A stretch of 64,000 nt of DNA from an uncultured Schumannella sp. (GTDB taxonomy: Bacteria > Actinomycetota > Actinomycetes > Actinomycetales > Microbacteriaceae), in the NCBI GenBank assembly GCA_964586645.1, contig CAZPJC010000001.1:2361-66360 (forward strand), written 5' to 3'. A program made the position numbers and the translations under genes. How positions within the stretch are numbered: the stretch's first letter is position 1; every line of letters starts with the position of its first letter. The notes below the pieces were generated by a model, which was not told where the DNA came from, searched no databases, and saw nothing but the letters and a program-made list of their open reading frames with translations. Positions 36,272-47,300 of this stretch are shown here, piece by piece.

Positions 36272-36628
36272 TCAGGCGGCGCGTCTGCGACCGAAATCGA
36301 CGTGATGGACGTTGCTCTCAGCCGATTGCAAGTTACCAAAGCGTAATTTGTGCTCATTCTCAGGATCGCGGGGGCCGTTGTACATCGGGCCGGTGCCCGT
36401 GTCCAGCCACGCCTCGCGGACACCAGTAGCGAGCACAAGCTGCTTGAAGGTGCTCTTGCGGGGGACTTCACCGGTTGACTCATACCGTCCGAGCGCTCCG
36501 CGATCGATGCCAGTTGCGGCGGCGAACGCTTTGAGATCGGAGTAACCCGCGAGCTCGCGCGCCTTGCGAAGGCGGTCGCCGCGGTGGAACACATCGTGTT
36601 CGGCGTAGGTGGGGCTTCTCTCTGCCAT
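36272..36628 (-). CDS. Immunity repressor (XRE HTH), C-terminal -RRAA
   Basis: DRLRKARELAG...FAAATGI.RG.L.RYE.G...LA.GV..AWL.TG. Confidence 0.88.
   Translation of the reverse strand: MAERSPTYAEHDVFHRGDRLRKARELAGYSDLKAFAAATGIDRGALGRYESTGEVPRKSTFKQLVLATGVREAWLDTGTGPMYNGPRDPENEHKLRFGNLQSAESNVHHVDFGRRRAA
36329..36350. other. Candidate attP core inside the repressor 3' end
   Basis: CAAGTTAC-caaagc-GTAATTTG, an AT-rich imperfect inverted repeat with a 6-bp spacer. Confidence 0.45.
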
Positions 36629-36717
36629 GTGTCGATGTTACGACACGGGGCGATCTAGCGCAACACGCCGCAATTACGACACTTGCGCTTTCGCGACATC
36701 TGTCGTAATCTCGACAC
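36629..36717. promoter_or_regulatory. Divergent leaderless promoters with operators (TGTCG-N6-CGACA)
   Basis: GTGTCG-atgtta-CGACAC (36629-36646) and TGTCG-taatct-CGACA (36701-36716). TTGCGC-17bp-TAATCT precedes ATG 36718; TAACAT precedes rep ATG 36628. Confidence 0.75.
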
Positions 36718-36897
36718 ATGCAGCCAACCAATGAGATCATCGGGGCCACGGAGGCCGCTGAGATCCTCGGAGAAAACGTCCGCAGTGTGCAGCGCAAGGC
36801 TAAGGCTGGCGAGTACCCGGCGCAGAAGCTGGAAGGGTCGCGCGGCGCATACGTCTTCAACCGCTCCGACATCGAGGCCCTGCGGGGTGTCGCATGA
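36718..36897 (+). CDS. Cro/excisionase-like HTH_17 protein (59 aa)
   Basis: Read manually (MQPTNEIIGATEAAEILGENVRSVQRKAKAGEYPAQKL...YVFNRSDIEAL). Confidence 0.8.
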   Translation: MQPTNEIIGATEAAEILGENVRSVQRKAKAGEYPAQKLEGSRGAYVFNRSDIEALRGVA

Positions 36898-37634
36898 CCG
36901 CCCTCGAAGTGTTCGACTACTCAGGCGCTCAGGTTCGTACCGTCCTGGTAGATGGTGAGCCCTGGTTCGTTGCCGCAGACGTCGCCGCGATCCTGTCGTA
37001 TCGCAAGGCGAGCGACATGCTGCGCGTCATCCCCGATGAAGACAAGGAGGCGCAGATCGTGCGCACCCTTGGCGGAGAGCAGACTGCCGCAGTCATTTCG
37101 GAGCCCGGATTGTACGGGGTCATCATGCAGCGGCAAGCCGGATACCTCGATGACGAGGGGCTGCGGGCGCAGGTCCGCTCCTTCCAGCGGTGGGTCACCC
37201 ATGAGGTGCTGCCGTCTATCCGTCACACGGGCCAGTTCGGTTCGCAAGTCCCGGCCACTTTCGCTCAGGCTCTCGAACTCGCCGCTATCCAAGCGAAAGC
37301 GATCGAGGCGCAGGAAGCGGCCCTCGCCGCCGCCGCTCCGAAGGTGGAGGCGTTCGACCGTCTCATGGATGCGGATGGCCTCTATTCGATGGAGGCGGTC
37401 GCGAAGACAATCGGCGGCATCGGACGAACGACCCTGTTCCGGAAGTTGCGGGACGCCGGTGTCATCGAACGCGGCTCGACCCTCCCGTACCAGCGGTACA
37501 TGCATCACTTCGAGGTTGTCGCGTCTACGTGGACCGACTCAGAGGGCAGGGCGCACGTCTCACGTACGACAAAGGTGCGTGCGACCGGACTGCCGTTCAT
37601 CATGCGGAAGCTCGGGATCGAGGTGAACGCATGA
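36894..37634 (+). CDS. Antirepressor (BRO-N plus ANT/KilAC)
   Basis: FDY.G..VRTV..DGEPWFVAADVA; WVTHEVLPSIR; APKVEAFD; GRTTLFRKLR. Confidence 0.9.
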   Translation: MTALEVFDYSGAQVRTVLVDGEPWFVAADVAAILSYRKASDMLRVIPDEDKEAQIVRTLGGEQTAAVISEPGLYGVIMQRQAGYLDDEGLRAQVRSFQRWVTHEVLPSIRHTGQFGSQVPATFAQALELAAIQAKAIEAQEAALAAAAPKVEAFDRLMDADGLYSMEAVAKTIGGIGRTTLFRKLRDAGVIERGSTLPYQRYMHHFEVVASTWTDSEGRAHVSRTTKVRATGLPFIMRKLGIEVNA

Positions 37635-37786
37635 AGGCGCGGCTGGTCGGTTTCGCGGTCGCGCTCGTCGTCGGCCTGGTCGTCGCGGTCGCGTGGCCGG
37701 GTTGGGTGCTGCTCGGTCTCGCGATCATCGCCTGGGGTGTTCTCGCCGCGTTCGTGTGGCGCGACTGGTACAGGGACGTGCACTGA
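37631..37786 (+). CDS. Small membrane protein
   Basis: GAGG RBS; two hydrophobic segments. Confidence 0.6.
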   Translation: MKARLVGFAVALVVGLVVAVAWPGWVLLGLAIIAWGVLAAFVWRDWYRDVH

Positions 37787-37838
37787 TGCGCCGGCTCGTG
37801 TGGGTCCTGTTCCTTCGCCTGACGAAGGGGACGAGCCG

Positions 37839-38156
37839 ATGAAGCGTGACACTCGCACGGCGTTCCGTGCCCGTGCGGCGAAGGTCGAGCGTGAGATTTC
37901 CGATGCGCTCGCTGAGGCGAAGGTGGTTGAGGATGCTGCGCGGAAGGCCGGGAAGGAACTGGCTTTCGCTGCTGAGGCTGCGCGGGTGAAGTTCACCGCG
38001 GCCGACCTGTCCGGCGCTGTGGCCGTCCGTGATCGGTTCGGTTGGCATCGGGTGGTGCGGGTGAACCGGGCCACGGTGACGGTGGAGACGGGCTACTCGT
38101 GGACGCGCGCTGTGCCTGTCGCGAAGGTTCTCGAGTTCCGGGAGGCGACCGCATGA
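37839..38156 (+). CDS. Hypothetical protein
   Basis: GWH.VVRVN..TVTV.TGYSWT. Confidence 0.7.
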   Translation: MKRDTRTAFRARAAKVEREISDALAEAKVVEDAARKAGKELAFAAEAARVKFTAADLSGAVAVRDRFGWHRVVRVNRATVTVETGYSWTRAVPVAKVLEFREATA

Positions 38157-38266
38157 ACCTCACCATGCTCGTCACCGCCAACTGGTGGGACTGGCTCGGC
38201 CTCGCCGCCATCGGCCTCATCGGCCTTCTCGTGATCGTTCTCAACCTCACGGAGAACAACGACTGA
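38153..38266 (+). CDS. Small membrane protein
   Basis: GGAGG RBS; single transmembrane segment. Confidence 0.55.
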   Translation: MNLTMLVTANWWDWLGLAAIGLIGLLVIVLNLTENND

Positions 38267-39135
38267 TCTTCCGAGACTCGTCCCCCGACTCTCGGCACCG
38301 CCACGCGCGGACGCACCTCTGACAACTCCACAGAAGCTAAGTCTCGAATCGAGATACGGTCACCCGCTCGGACATCTACTGGCGGGTGCTCCTCACCTTG
38401 ACGATGGTGCTGCCGGTTCGCTGCGTGGAGTAGCGGAGTTGCAGCCGAAGGCATGATGCGCCGGGTGACGTCAAGAGGTACGGCGATTCGGGGTGGAAAC
38501 CGTCAATTGGTTGGCGGGTGACGCACGTAGACGTGCATGGGGTGGTGTGTAGGGAGCGGTCCTGATTCCGACTTGGACACGTTCTATCCACCGTTGCTGA
38601 TCCGGTCGGATCGGGGAGTGACGGCTTTTGGTAGCACCCACAAACTTTGGCGCGTGATCGCGCCGGTAGCTCGGATGGTCGCAGCGGGAGTTCGACTCTC
38701 TCGCCGAGCACTGTTCCACGAAGGGAAGATCGTATGGCGGCAGAACTGCCCTCGTTTCGCTCGCCCAGAGCGCTCCTAGATGCGTACAAGAGAGGCGCAC
38801 GGTTCCCGATCCAGTTCTCAAAGCACGCGCTCGAGCGCTACGTCGACATGCATCTCTCGAAGGATGAGGTCGCAGAGTGCGTGCATCGTCCCGGAAGCGT
38901 CACCTATCAGGAGAAGTACGACGCCGTGCTTCTGAACCGAGACCGGATCACTGTCTCGGTGAAGCTCGACGAAGAGGGACGCCCTTTCGCGGCAACGATC
39001 CTATGGCGCACCAACTCGCTCTGGGAAGCCGCTGCCCGGGTGGGCAAGTTGGGCGACGGCCGGCACCTGCGGCATCTTCCGCACCTACCCGCGTAACACC
39101 TGAACCGTGCCATATACGACAACAAAGGAGGCGGC

Positions 39136-39861
39136 ATGACTGCTCGCATCGTCTACGAGTCGGATGCCGTGACTCTCTGGCACGGTGACGCGCTCGAAGT
39201 GCTACCGACCATAGAGAAGGAATCTACTGGGCTGATCCTGACCGATCCGCCGTACGGGGTTGAGTGGCAGTCGAACACTCGTGCCGAGTCGTTCGGGATG
39301 CTGATCGGTGACGGGCAGGATGACCGAGACGGCATCCGCGACGTACTCACCCATTGCGTGCGGATCGTCGGGCAAAACCGACACCTGTACATCTTCGGCC
39401 CCGCCGATGTCATGGAAGGCCAGAAGGTCTCCGAGATCGTGGAGTTGATCTGGGATAAGGGCACGATCGGTTCCGGCGACATGACTTCCTCATGGGGTCC
39501 GGCGCATGAGCGGATCTCGTTCTGTGTGTCGAAGTTCCGACACGCCGGACAGTCCGGTGCAACGTCCGTCCCGACGCGGCTCCGCAAAGGTTCGGTGCTG
39601 CGCTTCACGAGACCGACCGGGCGCAAGGTCAGGCATCCGTCCGAGAAGCCTGTCCCGCTGTTGTCGGAACTCATCGAGTCATCGACCCGTCGCGGTGATG
39701 TCGTGGTGGACCCGTTCGCCGGGGTCGGTTCAACGGGTGTCGCCGCGATCCTCACGGGCCGTCGCGCCGTCCTGGTTGAACTGGATGAGCGGTGGATTCC
39801 CGTCGCTATCGAGCGGCTGCGTGCCGCCGAGGCTGCCGCCGACCTCGCGGCCACCGCTTAA
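39136..39861 (+). CDS. DNA methyltransferase (copy 2 of 487..1212)
   Basis: Identical translation. Confidence 0.9.
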   Translation: MTARIVYESDAVTLWHGDALEVLPTIEKESTGLILTDPPYGVEWQSNTRAESFGMLIGDGQDDRDGIRDVLTHCVRIVGQNRHLYIFGPADVMEGQKVSEIVELIWDKGTIGSGDMTSSWGPAHERISFCVSKFRHAGQSGATSVPTRLRKGSVLRFTRPTGRKVRHPSEKPVPLLSELIESSTRRGDVVVDPFAGVGSTGVAAILTGRRAVLVELDERWIPVAIERLRAAEAAADLAATA

Positions 39862-42248
39862 GCATCTATCAAGTAGTTCTCTACAGGATTCCGGATCAAC
39901 GCTGAGGAAGCGTCCGGATACGCAGACAGTCGACGGTGGGCTCCTACTACGAGCCTCAGCCCTGCGGGAGCAGCCGAGTCGACGACCTTGCGGACACAGG
40001 GGTGGCCCGCCCTGGGTTAGCGCCGAAACGGGCACTCTCTACTCCCTCGCGCGATGCGAGGTAGAGCCGCGTGATGCGGCTGAGCGAAAGGAGAGGCTGA
40101 TGCCTCGAGAACGAATCATCGATGGTCCGCTGTGGGCACACTACCCAAAGGGCTATACCGAGCCGGGTGACGGGCCCAACCCGTCCGCCCGCATCTACCG
40201 CCCTGGCGACGAGGTTCCCGAAGGAGCCGCAATCTACCAGGACCCGTCGGCAGACCTCGTTTGGCAGCGAGAGGACCGGCCGGGTGCGGGCACAGGCTGG
40301 GTGCAGCTCACGGCGGAAGTACCTCGCGAGTGGGCACAGAGCCGCATCGCGGAAGCGACCGAGGGTCGGTACGTGCAGATCCCGTTCGAGGTTCTTGATC
40401 GCCGCGCACTGAACAACCTGATCCGTCTGCTGAAGCGCGCCCGTGACGCGGCGTATGGAGCCGACGAGTAGTTCCCCGAGGGAAGTCCATCCCAGCGGCC
40501 CGAACGCGAAAACGGACAACGTAAACGATGCTTTCCACAATCCTCTCTAGTGGAAGCGATCGTTTACACAACCGGCGGCATCAAGTACGACCCCCGTCGT
40601 CGCCGCCCAGTGTGACCCGCTGCGAAGTGGTCATCCCCCCACCGAGAGGCGGGCAGTCACCCCCGACTGCCCGCCTCTCCTTTCTCTTTGGAGGTGGCGT
40701 GACCGGAAGAGAACCGCCGCACTGGGCGGCGCACAGGGACCCCATCGCGAAGGAGTGCGGGATCCAAGTCGTGAGCTTCTCATCGCCGATACCGCCGATG
40801 ACGTGGTGCCACTACTGCGGGTTCCTCGCGCAGAGCCGCGACCACATCATCCCCGACTCCATCGGTGGCGTAAGCACTTGGTGGAATCTCGTTCCCTCCT
40901 GCCACGACTGCAACGGCGCTAAGGCCGACAGGCAGGCGTGCTCCTGCCTCTACTGCCTGAGAGCCATCGCGCTCTGGCATCTCGGGTTCCGATCCGAGAC
41001 GAAACGCAACGTCAAGAAGAAGAAGCCGAAACGGGGCTGGACAACCCAGTCCGTCAACTACTGAAGGAGCCCACGTGTCCATCGCCAGAGCAACCGACCC
41101 GCAGACCAGCCACAACGCCGGCAGGAACAAGCGGGATGTCCGCGCCGAGATCCTGGCCGCGTTCAAGCGTCGCCCCGTGAAGGGATGGACCGACTTCGAA
41201 CTCGAGGCCGTCATCGTCGACAAGACCGGCGTTAGTCCTCAGCGGGTCCGCACCGTCCGATCCGAACTCACCGGCTGGACACACTCCGAAGAGCTGGGGC
41301 GCAAGGTCCTCCTCCCAATCCAGCCCGTGTACGGGCAGACCAGGAAGACGCCGCGCGGCTTGAACGCGCAGGTGTTCCGTCTCGCCTGATGGTCTGCTCC
41401 ATCGGCATCCGCGAGGTGCGGACGATCACCTGCGACGAGCCCGGGTGCGGATTCGAAGACAACACGGCGCTGACGCAGCGCCAGGCCGAAGACATCGCGG
41501 ATGACCACGAAGCGGGTCACGCCGGCATCTACCACGAAGGAGAAGACGCATGAGCGCCGACAAGAACGACAGCATGTTCGTAGAGCGTCGGCGTCCCGAC
41601 AACGTGACCGTCTTCTACTACGAGCACGACTGCGACTGGATCTCAAAGTACTGCGAGGAGCACCACCGCAGGTACGCCGTCATCCCTCGATCCTCGCTTC
41701 CGAGTCCTCACGTCGGCGGAGACGGGATCGCGCGATGAGCAAGAACGATAGAGTGCCCAACTTCCCTCGGGTCGAAGAAATCGCGCAGATCATCGCGGAC
41801 CACTACGACGCCGACCTCGGACTCGCAGACGAAGCCCCGCCCAGCCAAGCCGACATCGCCCTCGCCCGGAAGATCCGCAACCGCTTCTACCAAGGCGTCT
41901 ACTTCACCAACCTCTCCGACGTCCACGGCCTGTCCCTGTTCGGACGCCGGCTCATCGGAACCCTCCTGATCGGCGTCGTCGCGCTGATCCTCATCCTCAC
42001 CACACATTGGAGCGCCCAGTGAGCGTCATCGATCAGATCCTCGCCAATCACATCGCAGTCACCCATTACGTCTCCGAAGTCATCGAGCAGATCGGGCAGG
42101 CGGAGACGTACACGCGGCGCAGCAACTACCTCGAGCCGCCCACCGAACCCGACATGTCGGTCATCAACGAGTTCCTCGACAACCTCGCCCGCATGGAGGG
42201 CTACTACGAGGACACCGCCGTTGAGGAATCCCGTGGGGTGGATTCGCT

Positions 42249-42842
42249 GTGAGGGTCCTGGTTGACATGGATGGCGTGATCGCTGACTGGGGACGCGCCT
42301 ACGGTGAATCCCTCGACCTGTTCGGGGAGGATGCCGCCGCGATCCCGCGCCACAAGGATCAGCGATCGTTCGACCTGCACGCGGGTCGAACGGAGCGTGA
42401 GAAGGCGCTGATCGGTGCCGTCATGGTTGAGCCCGGGTTCTACTCCCGGCTCGAACCGATCGAAGGTGCCAAGGCTGCGCTCAAGGCGATGCTCAAGGCG
42501 GACCATGACGTGCGAATCGTCACGTCGCCGTGGGTCTCGAACCCGACATGTGCGAGCGACAAGCTCAACTGGATCGTCCAGCACTACGGATCCCACTGGG
42601 GACCGCGAGTCATCATCACGGCCGACAAAACGCTCGTGCGCGGCGACATCCTGATCGACGACAAGCCCGAGATCCACGGTGCTGTCGAACCGGAGTGGGA
42701 GCACGTCCTGTTCGACCAGCCCTACAACCGTGAAGTCGTCGGAAAGCGGCGACTGGTCGACTGGCCGGCGTGGCGCGAACTGCTCGCCGGATCACCGTTC
42801 GCTTCGACTGAGGCGCTTGTGGAGTCGGCGGTGCTCGGATGA
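42249..42842 (+). CDS. NT5C deoxyribonucleotidase (copy 2)
   Basis: Identical translation. Confidence 0.88.
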   Translation: MRVLVDMDGVIADWGRAYGESLDLFGEDAAAIPRHKDQRSFDLHAGRTEREKALIGAVMVEPGFYSRLEPIEGAKAALKAMLKADHDVRIVTSPWVSNPTCASDKLNWIVQHYGSHWGPRVIITADKTLVRGDILIDDKPEIHGAVEPEWEHVLFDQPYNREVVGKRRLVDWPAWRELLAGSPFASTEALVESAVLG

Positions 42843-43192
42843 GCGAGGTCCGCACCACGTCGCGCACCGGAGGCCAGAAGGGCGTCAAAGATGCCCGGTT
42901 CGACTTGATCCCGGTCGGCGCACTCACCCAGCTCGCCGAGCACTACGGTGTCGGCGCGGCGAAGTACGACGACAACCAGTGGCGCAAGGGCTACGAGTGG
43001 TCGAAGTCCTACGCGGCCATGCAGCGTCACGCTACGGCCTGGTGGGCGGGCGAGGACATCGACGAGGAGACCGGCTCTAGCCACATGGCCGCGGTCGCCT
43101 GGCACGCCTTCACGCTGCTCACCTTCATCGCTGAGCACCCGGACTTCGATGACCGGTTTGTGCGAACACTCCTCAGTTCGGAGACGACATGA
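42839..43192 (+). CDS. DUF5664 dNTP diphosphohydrolase-like protein (copy 2)
   Basis: Identical translation. Confidence 0.78.
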   Translation: MSEVRTTSRTGGQKGVKDARFDLIPVGALTQLAEHYGVGAAKYDDNQWRKGYEWSKSYAAMQRHATAWWAGEDIDEETGSSHMAAVAWHAFTLLTFIAEHPDFDDRFVRTLLSSETT

Positions 43193-43666
43193 GCGACACC
43201 ATCGCCCTGCACGACGGCACAATCCTCGAGGGCGTACACCCCGAGGGAACCTGCTACGGGCCGAACTGCTGCATCCACAACCCGTCCGATCACCCACTGA
43301 ACACCGCGCCGCTCGCGTGGATGGGTGAGATTCGCGCCATGTTCCGCGTGTGCGAGCACGGCTTCATGCACCCTGACCCGGATGACCTCGCGTTCCTCAT
43401 GGCGACATGGCGATTCATCGACGTGGAGGCGATCACGAGCGTTCACCTCATGCGGGAGAACTGCGACGACTGCTGCCAGCGTGAACCTTCCAGTGCTGTA
43501 CCTGATCGGAGCGAGTGATGGACCCCTGGCTGGCGTACTGCATTCGGTTGCAGGAGGCAGCATCCGTCGAGTTGGAAGCGGCTCGTATTCGCCTCGACGC
43601 CGCAACGAAACTCGTGCGCGACGCCGAGAAGCAGACATCCGCAAATGCTGTACCTGAGGAGACCCC

Positions 43667-44392
43667 GTGAAGCCCTATTACGAGGATGAAAACGCGACCC
43701 TCTATCTGGCCGACTCGCGTGAGGTGCTGAGCAGCCTCGAGCCCGCTGACCTGCTCGTGACGGACCCGCCCTATGGGGTCGAGTTTCAGTCGAACCGACG
43801 TGTCGACCAGTTCGAGCTGATTGTGGAAGATGACGACCCTCTCGGCGTCACGACGCTCGTGGGCGAGGTCATCGCGCGGAACTTGAAGCGATACCGCCAC
43901 GCCTACGTCTTCGGACCTCTCGACTTCGGCCCACTTGTCGAGGCAGGGATCGTGCAAGAGCCCGTCGCGCTGATCTGGGACAAAGCGATGCTCGGGATGG
44001 GTAACCTGCAAATCCCTTGGGCATCGCAGCACGAAGACATCCAGTTCATGGTCGCCGTCAAGAGCAAGGCGAACGTAGCCAAGGGTGAAGGTCGGCTGAC
44101 CGCTCGACTTCGACGCGGGAACATCCTGCGGCACCAGCGGCCGCACGCGGCTGGCGTATCCCGGCATCCCACCGAGAAGCCGGTCGCCCTACTGCGGGAG
44201 TTGATCGAGGCGTCGTCGTGCGTGGGTGAAACCGTGCTCGACCCGTTCGCCGGTTCAGGCTCGACTCTCGTCGCAGCGGCGCTCGAAGGGCGCAAGTCGG
44301 TCGGCATCGAGGTTGTCGAGAAGTACGCCGAAACCGCTGCTGCACGCCTCGTCGCGCTGCGCCCGCATCTCGAAAGCCTGAGGACCGCATGA
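43667..44392 (+). CDS. DNA methyltransferase (copy 2 of 5018..5743)
   Basis: Identical translation. Confidence 0.9.
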   Translation: MKPYYEDENATLYLADSREVLSSLEPADLLVTDPPYGVEFQSNRRVDQFELIVEDDDPLGVTTLVGEVIARNLKRYRHAYVFGPLDFGPLVEAGIVQEPVALIWDKAMLGMGNLQIPWASQHEDIQFMVAVKSKANVAKGEGRLTARLRRGNILRHQRPHAAGVSRHPTEKPVALLRELIEASSCVGETVLDPFAGSGSTLVAAALEGRKSVGIEVVEKYAETAAARLVALRPHLESLRTA

Positions 44393-47300
44393 AGCAACTA
44401 TCTAGCCGTGCTGGTGGTGACTCGTGAACGGCCTGGCCGAACGCATCGAGGATGCCACCCGGGATCGGTTCTCGTTCCGCTACCCGACGAGCGACATCGT
44501 GCACCGCGCATCGTGGAAACACGGTGTCGGTGGAGGTGGGCGCATCGTCGCGGACTGCGGCCGCGTCGTCTGGCCGGTGAGCATCGACGACCTGCCCTTC
44601 GCGCAGTCCTCAGCGACGTTCGGAGAACCGCCGACGTGCGCCCGGTGCATCCGCGTCGAGGAACGTACATCCATCCATAAGCAGGAGGAATCGTGAACAT
44701 GCCCAAGGGCTACGAGCCGCGCCCCATGAACACTCCGGAAGAGATCGCCCGGGACGTGCGCGATCTACTCCTCCGGGGAGCGGCACAGCACTACGTCGCC
44801 AGCCTCACTCACTCCCTGAACTACGGGCATGTCTCGGACGCATTCCGCGCCGGGGCCGAGTGGGAGCGCACACGGACATCATCAGATGCTGCCCCTGGCG
44901 GTGTGTCGTGAGCGACATGGAGAAGGCGATCCTGGGCGCGCTGGCGATGCGCGAGAAGCACGGGCGGCACATGCACCACGCCGAGTGCATCCACAACCTC
45001 ACGCCCGCGGAACAGATCGAGATGCGCGGAAAGTCCGTCGAGTGGTGGATGACCGTGATCGGTTCGATGCCCGTCCAGATCACCCCGGACGACTGGGAGA
45101 TCGAAGCGCCGCACCTTCTCGGAGGTACAGCATCACCGAGTAAGGACACTGCCATGGAATCGACCGAACTGCTGACCCGGCAGGAGGGCCGCTGGACCGT
45201 CAAGGCGACCGCCGACGCCACCCACGCCTGCATCTCGCGAACCCGCGACGACGGACGCACCGAGATCATCACGCTCCGAGCCGACACCCTTCGGGCCATC
45301 GCAGAACGTCTGGATGCCAGCTCGTGACCGCATACCGTTTCTGGACGCTCACCTGCGACACATGCGGGGAGGTCAGCGATGCGGGCATGTCGCGGACCAC
45401 CTATCAAGCGATCGTCTTCGCTCGCTCCGAGGGATGGGTCCGCTACAAGGAAGGGCGCCTCGACCGTGACCGCTGCGGCAAGTGCGCCGGCACTCACGAG
45501 AACTCGCCCACCTTCGGCTCGCTCGTGCCCATACGTTCGGATACTGCGAATGGATGACATCTGCGCTGACGCCACCGGCCCAACGCGCATCGCCTGCCAA
45601 AAGCTGCCCGACCACAAGGGGGAACGCCACGGGTTCGACCTGGGGTTTATGAGTGCCGCGTGGGGCTACGTGCCGACCGAGAGTGAGTTGCAGAAATGCT
45701 AGGCATGAAGTGGGAGTGTGCCTGTGGTTGCTCCATCGAGGTGACCGGGCGGGACGAGAGTTCTCGGAACGCGGTCGCCGCCTACAAACATGAGCACGCA
45801 GGGCATGAACGTATGAGTTCTCTACCTGAGGAGGAATGATGCCGTACTACGCCGTGAAGGGTGAGCCCGAAGAGGGCTTCTACGACATCGAGGAGACCGA
45901 CGAGGGCTTCCGGTGGACGTGGGGCGAGGTCGCCAAGGGCGAGGCGTTCCATGACGTCGGCAAGTGGCGTGCGACTCGGGCCGAAGCGCTCGAAGACGCA
46001 GCCGCAGACTGGGATGACAACGGGACGAGGTACACGAATCCGCGCCTGGCGGGGATGCTTCGGGCTCTCGCTGAACGAGCACGTGGGAGTAGTTCGAATG
46101 GCTGACCGCGACGCCGACCTCCTGTCGGCCTTCATCAACTGGAACGTCTACAACGGCGCTCCGGGGGCTGGGCAGGCGATCTACAACTACGGGGGCAACC
46201 CCTGGCTGCACGAGCGCATCGAATCGTTCTTGAAGGACTACGCGGCCGAGCAGTACTTCTCCGAGATGGAGCGGATGTTCGGCACCGACGCGAAGCTCAT
46301 GCAGGCCGTCAAGCGCGCTCGGGGCGACCTCGCCGGAAGGCGTTTACGCGAGAATGTAGGGAGCACCGATGAGTGACGTCACAGATCGAGTCGCTGGCTT
46401 TCTGGTAGCTCGCGAGGAAGTTGTGCCACGCGGTTACGACATCCCCGTAGTCGACATGGACTTCGGCTCGCGCGGCCACGTTCGGCTCACCGAGGGAGAC
46501 CTCCGCGAGACTTTGCGACTCGCGCTGCTGGTCGAAGAGATGCGCGGCCTTTCCCACCGCTATGTGCTCCCTGGCGTCTTCGCCGACATTCTCTGGGACG
46601 TGACGGACGAGAAGCCGTCCGGCGACCCTCTATCCCCTGATGCTCGTGTAGGAGATCCTGATGACTGAGTACGAATCCCGGCCCCGCCCGGTGGAGGTTA
46701 TGCGCTGGGACGGGACCCTCGCGGGCGCTGAGCCCATCATGGAGTGGATTCGGTCGAAGGATGAGGTGGTCGTCCTCGAGAAGCGAGGCGCACCGAACCC
46801 GAACACTTGGAACAATGCCCCGTTCCGCGAGAACTACCTGCACATCGGGGACTACCTCAACGCCTCGAAGCGGCATTCAGTGATCGTGTACGACCCCGCC
46901 CGCGGACACCGCACGATGGGCGACGGGGACTTCGACTGCTACTCGGAAGAGGCCTTCGCTGAAGAATTCCGAGAGCGCACTATCTGAGCATGTTCGACTT
47001 GGAGGAACGATGAGCTTCACCATCTACCCGTGCGATCGCGGGACCGGAACACCGCAGGGCTGGCACAACTTCATCCCGAGCGCGTGGATCGTCGTTTGCT
47101 CCTACTGCGGCAAACGACCACCCCGTACCTGAACGCACCCATATCCGTCGAACTGTAAGAAATCGGCCCGATTCTTTCAATGTCCGGCCCACATGCAAAG
47201 GAGAGTGACATGAGCGCAATCGCCGACGCGGCCACGAACGCCGCTATCACACTGAACAACGCTGCGCTGCGAGCCCCGGAGCCCGAGTGGCGTCGAGTGC

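Larger units (their letters stand above)
1..38649 (+). mobile_element. Complete temperate siphophage genome (one unit, circularly permuted), actinobacterial
   Basis: Contains terminase, portal, HK97 protease/capsid, tail, tape measure, lysin/holin, tyrosine integrase, repressor and antirepressor. High GC. The sequence restarts at 38650. Confidence 0.96.

Noticed and set aside
36163-36594. N-terminal extension of the integrase (409-aa ORF overlapping the repressor)
   Set aside because: A good RBS and ATG at 36162 give a complete catalytic protein. The extension overlaps rep in another frame and looks like incidental open frame in high-GC DNA.
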